DNA of 64,000 nt from an uncultured Acidimicrobiales bacterium (GTDB taxonomy: Bacteria; Actinomycetota; Acidimicrobiia; Acidimicrobiales; SHLQ01): positions 51,513 through 115,512 of the forward strand of contig CALHTB010000009.1 of assembly GCA_938038785.1 (NCBI GenBank), read 5' to 3'. This document shows, piece after piece, positions 44,291 to 51,983 of this stretch. How positions within the stretch are numbered: the first letter of the stretch is position 1; every line of letters begins with the position of its first letter. A program made the translations under genes and the position numbers. The notes under the pieces were generated by a model, which worked only from the letters and a program-made list of their open reading frames with translations, was not told where the DNA came from and made no database searches.

Positions 44291-45334
44291 ATGACACTTC
44301 CTTATATGCCTCCTGCACACAACGCCGCCTCCGAAACGAAAGACTTCCACGGAGTCATCGTTGCGCTTGCAATGCCGATGACCGATGCGGGAGAGCGCAT
44401 CGATGAACCGGCGCTCCTCGATCACATCGACTGGCTCATTGACGCAGGAGTGCACGGCATTCTCGTGCTGTCGGGAACAGGCGAGTATGCCTATCTACGG
44501 CCTGAGGAGAAGCGACGCGTCGTCGAGCTCTGCCTCCCGCACATCGACGGGCGTGTTCCGGTCATGGTGCAAAGTTCGGAGATGAGCGTCACCGACACGG
44601 TCGAATCGTCAAAGCACGCCGTCGACTTCGGTGCTGACGCACTCATGGTGCTGCCACCCTGGCTCGAGAGCCCGTTTGAACGTGGTGTGATGTACCACTA
44701 CGAGCGAGTCGCCCAATCGGTCGCTACCGACATCGTGCTCTACAACACACCGGCAGCTAGCGGTGTCGAGATCACCCCTGCGATGTACCGGCAACTCCTC
44801 GCAATCGACAACGTTCGCTATATGAAGGACAGTCAGGGCGACCTCAGCCGCATTCAAAAGCTCGCCGCGATTAGCGAGGGCAGTAACGCCAAGGTGCTGT
44901 GTGGTGTTGACCCACTCGCTCCCTATGCCCTGATGGCGGGCGCTGTTGGCATGATCTGGGGCTGTGCGAACATCATGCCTCACGAAGCGGTGCAGCTCGT
45001 CGAGCACATCGAAGCCGGACGTCTGCCCGATGCGCTCGAGCTGTGGAAGGCCATGTGGCCGATCAACGCGTTCATGTGGGAGAACGAACTCGACGTCGGC
45101 TTCCTTCCAGGAGTGAAGGCGGCGACCGAGATGGTCGGCCGTCAGATGGGTCCCGTTCGACGACCGCAGATGCCGGTCACCGGAGCTGCACGATTGGCCA
45201 TTGAAGCGGGCCTGTCGACATTGCCGATTAACGGGGTGCAGCGATCGCGACTGAAATGGCGCGAGTGGGAAGACGAACAGGACTGGCTGGTTAAGCGGAC
45301 CGAGGGTTCACTCTCGGAGGGGGTTGCACGATGA
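44291..45334 (+). CDS. DapA/HypD-family class I aldolase-type enzyme (dihydrodipicolinate synthase family)
   Basis: About 347 aa. Blocks FHGVIVALAMPMT..G.ID...L...I.WLI..GV.GI.V.G.TGE and YN.P. The start is uncertain (44279 TTG, 44291 ATG or 44306 ATG). Confidence 0.85.
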   Translation: MTLPYMPPAHNAASETKDFHGVIVALAMPMTDAGERIDEPALLDHIDWLIDAGVHGILVLSGTGEYAYLRPEEKRRVVELCLPHIDGRVPVMVQSSEMSVTDTVESSKHAVDFGADALMVLPPWLESPFERGVMYHYERVAQSVATDIVLYNTPAASGVEITPAMYRQLLAIDNVRYMKDSQGDLSRIQKLAAISEGSNAKVLCGVDPLAPYALMAGAVGMIWGCANIMPHEAVQLVEHIEAGRLPDALELWKAMWPINAFMWENELDVGFLPGVKAATEMVGRQMGPVRRPQMPVTGAARLAIEAGLSTLPINGVQRSRLKWREWEDEQDWLVKRTEGSLSEGVAR

Positions 45335-46941
45335 GCGCTGCAAAGAAGAAGGCGGCAAAGAAGAGCGCCGTGAAGAAGCCAGCCAAGAAGGCGGCGGCAA
45401 AGAAGAAGGCACCAACGAAGAAGGCACCGACGCGTGTCGCCAAGAAGAAGGCTGCTTCCCTGTCGCCTGCGGCCAAGCTCGCGAAGTCGATCCATATGCC
45501 GACGAACGCCATGATCGGCGGCCGGTCGGTTCCTGCAGCGAGCGGCAAGACGTTCGCCACCATCAACCCAGCTACCGGCGAGGTCCTCGCCGAGGTCGCC
45601 GACTGCGGCTCGATGGATGTCGATCGTGCCGTCGCAGCTGCTCGTTCTGCCTTTCACGGTCCCTGGAGCCGGCTGACCCCCGGCGAACGCAAGCGTGTCA
45701 TGCAGCGCTTTGCCACCCTCATCGAGGCGCACGCGACCGAACTCGCAACGATCGAGACGCTCGAGGGCGGCAAACCAATCACCGACACCGCCAACATCGA
45801 TGTCGCCGACACGATCGCCACCATTCGCTGGCACGCCGAGGCCGCTGACAAGATCAACGACCAGCTCACTCCGGCGGGCATGGGCATCGTGTCGATGGTG
45901 GTTCGCGAACCTATTGGGGTTGTCGGCGTGGTTCTTCCGTGGAACTTCCCGCTCATGATGGCCGCGTGGAAGCTCGGGCCGATTCTGGCCACCGGCAACA
46001 CCTGTGTACTCAAGCCCGCCGAGCAAACGTCCATCACCACCCTGCGCCTCGCCGAGCTGGCCACCGAGGCCGGCATCCCCGACGGCGTAATCAACGTCGT
46101 GCCCGGCTTTGGCCCAGCTGTCGGCGAACCACTCGGACGGCACCCTGACGTCGACGCCGTGGCATTCACCGGCTCAACCGAAACCGGCCGACGTTTCCTG
46201 AACTACTCGGCCGAATCGAACCTCAAACGCGTGCTGCTCGAATGCGGCGGGAAGAACCCGTTCGTAGTGATGCACGATGCTGACGACCTCGATGCGATCG
46301 CCGAGCATGCAGCCAACGCCATCTATTGGAACGGCGGGCAGAACTGCTCTTCGAACTCACGGCTGATCGTTCACCGGTCTCTCAAGGACGAACTGCTCGG
46401 GCTTCTGCTCGAGAAGAGTCGCGAATGGACCGTCGGTGATCCGCTCGACCCCAACACACGAATCGGTGCGATGATCGAACCCGAGCACCTCGACAAGGTG
46501 CTCGACAACATCAACTCGGGCCATGTCGAAGGTGCCGATTGTGTGCTGGGTGGCAACCAGGTTCGTATGGCGTCGGGCGGCTATTTCGTCGAGCCGACCA
46601 TCTTCGACAACGTGACCCCGCAGATGCGCTTGGCACGCGAAGAGATCTTCGGTCCGGTGCTCAGCGTGATCACCTTCGACCAGCCCGAAGAGGCAATTCA
46701 GATCGCCAATGACACGGCCTACGGACTGTCGGCTTCGGTATTCACTTCGGACCTGCGGACAGCGCACCTTGCGGCTCGGTCGATTCGAGCAGGCACGGTC
46801 ACCGTCAACACCTACGGCGAAGGCGACGTTGCCACTCCGTTCGGTGGCTTTGGACTCTCCGGCTTCGGAGGACGAGACAAGAGCCTCCACGCACACGACC
46901 AATACACCGAGCTCAAAACCATCTGGATCGATCTGGGATAG
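45331..46941 (+). CDS. aldehyde dehydrogenase with a Lys/Ala-rich N-terminal tail
   Basis: 536 aa. The ATG overlaps the upstream stop (ATGA). The first ~50 aa are MSAAKKKAAKKSAVKKPAKKAAAKKKAPTKKAPTRVAKKKAAS. The ALDH core follows, with PWNFP, catalytic Glu LECGGKNP and catalytic Cys GQNCSSNSR. Confidence 0.85.
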   Translation: MSAAKKKAAKKSAVKKPAKKAAAKKKAPTKKAPTRVAKKKAASLSPAAKLAKSIHMPTNAMIGGRSVPAASGKTFATINPATGEVLAEVADCGSMDVDRAVAAARSAFHGPWSRLTPGERKRVMQRFATLIEAHATELATIETLEGGKPITDTANIDVADTIATIRWHAEAADKINDQLTPAGMGIVSMVVREPIGVVGVVLPWNFPLMMAAWKLGPILATGNTCVLKPAEQTSITTLRLAELATEAGIPDGVINVVPGFGPAVGEPLGRHPDVDAVAFTGSTETGRRFLNYSAESNLKRVLLECGGKNPFVVMHDADDLDAIAEHAANAIYWNGGQNCSSNSRLIVHRSLKDELLGLLLEKSREWTVGDPLDPNTRIGAMIEPEHLDKVLDNINSGHVEGADCVLGGNQVRMASGGYFVEPTIFDNVTPQMRLAREEIFGPVLSVITFDQPEEAIQIANDTAYGLSASVFTSDLRTAHLAARSIRAGTVTVNTYGEGDVATPFGGFGLSGFGGRDKSLHAHDQYTELKTIWIDLG

Positions 46942-48254
46942 TGGAAATCTCGCTGACGCCTTCGTACGACAACAACAATGGGTGGCAGGAGATCTTGCCC
47001 GCGCCAGCCGAAGCCACCGTGCTCACCGGAGACCTCACCTGTGACTACCTGGTCATCGGCGCCGGGTATTCAGGTCTTTCGGTAACCCGCCGTCTCGCAG
47101 AACTCGACCCTTCCGCGTCGGTCGTGCTCGTCGAAGGCGACCGCATCGGCAACAACGCCGCCGGGCGCTCATCGGGTTTCGCAATCGACCACGCGCACAA
47201 CCTTCGGGCCAAGAGCTTTGCCGACGCGAAGGCTGCTGCGATTGCCGGCGTCACCATGAACCGCGCCGGGCTCGACTACCTCGACCAGACCATCACCGCT
47301 CACAACATCGATTGCCAATGGGTCAAGGAAGGCAAATACCACGCCGCTGCGACCAGCCGTGGTGAAGGCATGCTCGACAGCTTCGCTGAGAGTCTCGACG
47401 CCATCGACGAGGACTACACGATGCATCACGCGGCCAAGTGCGAGGAGGTGTTCGGAACCAGGTACTACACCAAGGCACTCCACGCACCGCACAGCTACCT
47501 CGTGCAACCTGCGGCCATGGTGCGAGGTCTGGCCGGCACCATGCCCGAGAACGTATCGATTTACGAAAGCTCGATGGTGAAGTCGGTCGAATACGGCACT
47601 CCACACACCGTGCACACCCAACGAGGCTCAGCGACCGCCCCGGTCCTCGTGCTCGCAACAAACGGGTTCACCGAGGGGTTTGGCTTCCTTCAAAAGCAGC
47701 TCATCCCACTCATCACCTGGGGCTCGCTCACACGCGAGCTCACCGACGCCGAGTCCGAGCAACTTGGCGGCCACCCGAGCTACGGGATCATCGCCGCCCA
47801 CCCCGCTGGTACTTCGGTTCGACGGGTCACCACCCCAAACAACCGCATCCTGGTACGGAACATCTTCAGCTTCAGCAAGCGATCCGACTTCACCAGCCGA
47901 GTGTCGTGGGCAGCAAAGTCCCACCGCAAGGCCTTCGACAACCGTTGGCCCGAATTGTCCGGCGTTCCGTTTTCGCACAGCTGGGGTGGCGCGCTGAGCC
48001 TCAGCCGAAACGGCGAGCCGGTCTTCGGCGAGTTGCGGCCAAACGTATACGGCACCGTCGTGCACAACGGTGTTGGGATCGCTCGCGGCACGATCAGCGG
48101 AAAGCTGCTCGCCGAGATGATCATGGGAGAGGATTCCGAGCTGCTTCGTCAAATGCAGGCGAAGGGCCGACCCAATACCAACCTGCCCTTCCAAGACCTT
48201 GGTGTTCGCATCAATGCACGTGCACGCCGCCTAATTGCTGGACGCGAGGAATAG
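46941..48254 (+). CDS. FAD-dependent oxidoreductase (DAO family)
   Basis: 437 aa. The GTG start overlaps the ALDH stop. Dinucleotide motif DYLVIGAGYSGLS. DAO-type C-terminal region. Confidence 0.85.
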   Translation: MEISLTPSYDNNNGWQEILPAPAEATVLTGDLTCDYLVIGAGYSGLSVTRRLAELDPSASVVLVEGDRIGNNAAGRSSGFAIDHAHNLRAKSFADAKAAAIAGVTMNRAGLDYLDQTITAHNIDCQWVKEGKYHAAATSRGEGMLDSFAESLDAIDEDYTMHHAAKCEEVFGTRYYTKALHAPHSYLVQPAAMVRGLAGTMPENVSIYESSMVKSVEYGTPHTVHTQRGSATAPVLVLATNGFTEGFGFLQKQLIPLITWGSLTRELTDAESEQLGGHPSYGIIAAHPAGTSVRRVTTPNNRILVRNIFSFSKRSDFTSRVSWAAKSHRKAFDNRWPELSGVPFSHSWGGALSLSRNGEPVFGELRPNVYGTVVHNGVGIARGTISGKLLAEMIMGEDSELLRQMQAKGRPNTNLPFQDLGVRINARARRLIAGREE

Positions 48255-48256
48255 CT

Positions 48257-49360
48257 ATGAAGATTTCTGCCATCTCGGCCTATTCGGTCGAATTAGCGCT
48301 CAAAGAGGGGGCTTATAGCTGGGGCACCCAGTCGTTCCCGTCGTTCGCCTCGACCGTCGTTGTCGTCGACACCGACGAAGGGCTTCGCGGGTACGGCGAG
48401 ATCTGCCCCCTCGGCCCGGGTTACATGCCATCGTTTGCCGAAGGTGCCCGTGCTGGCATGAAGGCGATCGCCCCACAGCTCATAGGCCTCGACCCACGCG
48501 AGATCGACGTCGTGTCGAACGCGATGGACATCGCATTGAAGGGCCATCCCTACGCCAAGTCCGGCATAGACATGGCCATCTGGGACGTTGCTGCCAAAGC
48601 AGCGGGTGTTCCGGTTACGACACTGCTTGGCGGCTGTTATCGCGATGCGGTGAAGCTGTTTCGGGTGATCAGCCGGGACACTCCCCAAGAGATGGTCGAG
48701 CGCCTGTGTGAATATCGCGGCGAAGGCTTCGAGCAGTACCAGATGAAGGTCGGCGAACGCCTCGACACGGACCTCGCCCGTATGGAAGCGGTCACCGACG
48801 CCATTCTCGATAGTGAGACACTGGCAGCGGACGCGAACACGGGGTGGCGGCAGCATGAGGCCATGAGGGTCGCCCACGAGATGGCGGACCGTCCGCTCTA
48901 CATCGAGCAACCCTGCCTCACTTATGAGGAATGCTTGGCCGTACGCCCGCACCTCAACCGTCCACTCATCCTCGACGAAGTGATGGATTCTCGGCACGCG
49001 ATTCGCCGGGGCGCAGCTGACGGGGCGATGGACGTGATCAACCTCAAGATCAGTCGGTTCGGAGGTCTGAGCGGCGCTCGCCGGGCGCGCGATCTGTGCG
49101 TCGACCTCGGGATCGCAATGACGATCGAGGACACTTGGGGTGGAGAGATCGCCACCGCGGCAATAGCGCACCTTGCTGCGTCTACACCAGACGGTTTCCA
49201 CTTTCAGTCCAGTGCCTTTCACGACTACCACAGCCAGCCAATCGCCTCTGGCGGGCCGGTCGTGGCCGACGGACATATGTCGGTCAGCACCGAACCCGGT
49301 CTCGGTGTCGAACCGGCCTGGGACTTGTTGGGCGCTCCCCTATTCACAATCTCCAGCTAA
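48257..49360 (+). CDS. enolase-superfamily enzyme (MLE-subgroup-like racemase/epimerase/dehydratase)
   Basis: The start is MKISAISAY, with SD GAGGAA. The track ORF from 47438 is an out-of-gene extension. Metal ligands sit in ADANTGW, YIEQP and ILDEV. Base candidates are QMKVG and NLKISRFGG. 367 aa. Confidence 0.88.
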   Translation: MKISAISAYSVELALKEGAYSWGTQSFPSFASTVVVVDTDEGLRGYGEICPLGPGYMPSFAEGARAGMKAIAPQLIGLDPREIDVVSNAMDIALKGHPYAKSGIDMAIWDVAAKAAGVPVTTLLGGCYRDAVKLFRVISRDTPQEMVERLCEYRGEGFEQYQMKVGERLDTDLARMEAVTDAILDSETLAADANTGWRQHEAMRVAHEMADRPLYIEQPCLTYEECLAVRPHLNRPLILDEVMDSRHAIRRGAADGAMDVINLKISRFGGLSGARRARDLCVDLGIAMTIEDTWGGEIATAAIAHLAASTPDGFHFQSSAFHDYHSQPIASGGPVVADGHMSVSTEPGLGVEPAWDLLGAPLFTISS

Positions 49361-49388
49361 TGGAGCGCATCGTCGGTAGCCTGCCTCG

Positions 49389-50225
49389 ATGCCACCTCTC
49401 GTCCTAGGAGCTATCGCTGCACTTTGCATTGGCATCAGCGACTCGTTCGGGCGAGCAAGCTCCAAGCGGGGCAGCTCGATTAGCCACGTCGCCACGCAGA
49501 TGTTCGTGGGCATCTTCGTGTCGATTCCCTTGCTTTGGGTGTTCGACAGCACCCTGCGCACGAGTGACGCGATCATGGGAGCGCTCTCCGGTGCGTGCGT
49601 TGGCATCGGGCTATCGATCGTCTACAAGGCCATGGCCGACTCGTCGTCTGCAATCGCTGCACCCACCGCAGGCGTCATCGCCGCTGTTCTTCCTTTGCTG
49701 TTCGATGTCGGGTTCCGAGGCGCAACGCTGAGTGTTCTCACCGGTATCGGTTGCGTCATCGCAATCGTGGCACTGGCCATCGTCAGCTACAGCCCGTCAC
49801 TCGGCGCGGACGCGATCCGCAGCGGGCTCGGCAAGGCGGTCATCGGAGGCATCTTCTTCGGAGCGACGATCATCTTTCTTGGCGATACCTCCGATGGCGC
49901 CGGGGTGTGGCCGGCGCTGATACAGCGCGTCGTTGCGTTCCTGTCGATGATTCCCCTGGCCGCCCGCGGTGCCGTGCCCGTGTTTCTTCCGCCATCACTG
50001 CGAACGTTCGGCGTGCTTTCCGGCATCACCGGAGCGCTCGGTATGGCGTCGTTTGCCGTCGGCAGCCAACAGGGCGACCTCGGGACGGTGTCAGTGGTTG
50101 CGGCCACCTATCCCGCGGTCATCGTTGTGCTGACCACGCTCTTTGACGACGACGAGATTCGTTGGTGGCAGGGCCTTGGCATCATCGGCGCGATTGCGGG
50201 CACGGCGCTCATAGCCTTGGGTTGA
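49389..50225 (+). CDS. DMT-superfamily (EamA-like) membrane transporter
   Basis: 278 aa. About 10 TM helices in two similar halves. Confidence 0.65.
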   Translation: MPPLVLGAIAALCIGISDSFGRASSKRGSSISHVATQMFVGIFVSIPLLWVFDSTLRTSDAIMGALSGACVGIGLSIVYKAMADSSSAIAAPTAGVIAAVLPLLFDVGFRGATLSVLTGIGCVIAIVALAIVSYSPSLGADAIRSGLGKAVIGGIFFGATIIFLGDTSDGAGVWPALIQRVVAFLSMIPLAARGAVPVFLPPSLRTFGVLSGITGALGMASFAVGSQQGDLGTVSVVAATYPAVIVVLTTLFDDDEIRWWQGLGIIGAIAGTALIALG

Positions 50226-50950
50226 TGTCGGAGCTTTCATTTCAGCGGGATGCCTTCGTAGATGGGGTTCGACGAGTGTTTCCGCTTGCGGTCCCCGGTG
50301 CCCCATTCGGGTTTGTGCTGGGTGTGCTCATCGCCGAAGAGGAACTCTTGCCGTCCTTCGCTTCTTGGGCATCCTCGTGGATAATCCTCGCCGGAGCTGC
50401 ACAGCTGGCAGCGTTGACGTTGCTTGCTGACAACGCATCAGCCCTAGTCGTCATTACAACAGTGTTCCTCATCAACTCCCGCCACGCGATGTATTCAGCT
50501 GCCCTCCGCGGACGACTGTCTGAGTATTCGATCGCGACACGAGTGCTGATGTCTTACTTGTTGATCGATCAACAATTCGCCATCAACGAAACGGCGCCCG
50601 AGCTCGAGTCGCCAACGCTGCGATATCGGCTGTGGCACTACCTAGGAGCCGGTGCGCTCTTGTTCGTGATGTGGAATGTTGCCGTCGCTCTGGGTGTGAT
50701 CGGCGGCAATTGGGTCCCTGAGAGTTGGGGACTGAGCTTTGCTGTTCCACTCTTGTTCGGCGGCCTGCTCGTGCTGTCCCTTAGGGATTTTCCAGGAATG
50801 GTTGCTGCGGTAGTCGGCGCAACCGTCGCTGTCCTCGGTCGAACGCTTCCGCAGGGTTCTGGACTACTTCTGGGAATTGTCCTCGGTGTCGCCGCTGCGG
50901 GGTTTCTCGCTGAACGACGGGGCGATACCGATCAAGAGGTTGTCGCATGA
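50225..50950 (+). CDS. azlC: AzlC-family branched-chain amino acid transporter subunit
   Basis: The start is MSELSFQRDAF (the ATG overlaps the upstream TGA). Block INSRHAMYSAAL, typical of AzlC. It is followed by azlD with a 4-nt overlap. Confidence 0.82.
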   Translation: MSELSFQRDAFVDGVRRVFPLAVPGAPFGFVLGVLIAEEELLPSFASWASSWIILAGAAQLAALTLLADNASALVVITTVFLINSRHAMYSAALRGRLSEYSIATRVLMSYLLIDQQFAINETAPELESPTLRYRLWHYLGAGALLFVMWNVAVALGVIGGNWVPESWGLSFAVPLLFGGLLVLSLRDFPGMVAAVVGATVAVLGRTLPQGSGLLLGIVLGVAAAGFLAERRGDTDQEVVA

Positions 50951-51252
50951 GGTTCTGGCTGATCATTATCGGATCGGGACTGGTCACCTACCTGACGCGC
51001 GCGTCCTTCATCGTCTTCGGTGACAAGGTTCCTCTCCCGCCGGTTGTAGAGCGATCGCTGAAGTACGTCGCCCCCGCATCCTTTGCTGCTATCTCGGTTC
51101 CGCTCTTTCTCGGCGGCGATGGCATCGCCGGGTTCGGCGAGGACATCCCTCGGATCATTGCTGGTGCCGCTGCGGCCGCAGTTATCTGGAGGTGGAAGAA
51201 TATCCCCGCGAGTCTGGTCGTTGGAATGGGGCTCTTCTGGCTCCTTGGGTAA
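50947..51252 (+). CDS. azlD: AzlD-family small membrane protein
   Basis: 101 aa. N-terminal W.....G..TY..R block. The position after azlC fits. Confidence 0.78.
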   Translation: MRFWLIIIGSGLVTYLTRASFIVFGDKVPLPPVVERSLKYVAPASFAAISVPLFLGGDGIAGFGEDIPRIIAGAAAAAVIWRWKNIPASLVVGMGLFWLLG

Positions 51253-51317
51253 ATAGGCATCGATCTACATCTGGACGATTGCGATTCCGAATCCCCTGGG
51301 TCTGCCATTCCGCCCAA

Positions 51318-51983
51318 TTACGACGCAACGCGCTCCTCTAGAACATGCGGCCAGCCCACTTGATGCGCTAACGCGACTGCCTGCAGCTGAGACGAGACAC
51401 CGAGCTTTCGCAGGACTGCTTTGATCTGCGTCCGAATGGTTGAGACAGCCACGAACGATTGCTCGCTGATCTCTGCGGGAGATTGTCCATTCATGAGGCA
51501 GTGGAGCACAGCCATCTCGCGCCCGCTGAGTGTGCGAAACGGCTCGATCGCTTCGCGGCATGAACGTCGGTGTGCAGCAAGTTCCTGCAGAAGCTCAAGG
51601 CGCTGGGCCATCGGCGGACCGATCGTTTGACTCGTGAGTCCGTTGGAGATTTGTTGGACCAGCACATTGAACGCAATGTCCTTCCCGATGATGCCCGCCA
51701 CGCCATGTTCTAGGCACCGCCCGAGAAGGAGTCGATCATCGACCCCGCTCAAAATGATGACCTGTAGACCAAGTCCCAGTAGTGGTTCGATCAGGTCCAC
51801 GCCGGGAACACTGTCCTGACCAAGCTCGAGGTCGAGTAGCACCACGTCGACCTCAGCGGCTGCGACGTCGTTCACAATGTTCGCGCCGACAGGAATTGAG
51901 GTGGCACCGAAGCCAGCCTCGATAAGTCCCGCAACCAACACGTGACCCAGCAGCACATGATCGTCAATGACGGCAACGTTCAT
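51318..51983 (-). CDS. response regulator, NarL/FixJ (LuxR HTH) family
   Basis: Receiver domain (IDDH, VVLLDLEL acceptor Asp, ILSG, GKD). C-terminal LuxR HTH (LSGREMAVLHCLMNGQSPAEISEQSFVAVSTIRTQIKAVLRKLGV). 4-nt overlap with the kinase gene. Confidence 0.9.
   Translation of the reverse strand: MNVAVIDDHVLLGHVLVAGLIEAGFGATSIPVGANIVNDVAAAEVDVVLLDLELGQDSVPGVDLIEPLLGLGLQVIILSGVDDRLLLGRCLEHGVAGIIGKDIAFNVLVQQISNGLTSQTIGPPMAQRLELLQELAAHRRSCREAIEPFRTLSGREMAVLHCLMNGQSPAEISEQSFVAVSTIRTQIKAVLRKLGVSSQLQAVALAHQVGWPHVLEERVAS

Noticed and set aside
45291-45566. 91-aa minus-strand ORF rich in Phe/Ala (FFFAAAFLAGFF...)
   Set aside because: It is the mirror image of the Lys/Ala-rich (AAG/GCN) coding tract on the plus strand, not an independent membrane peptide.
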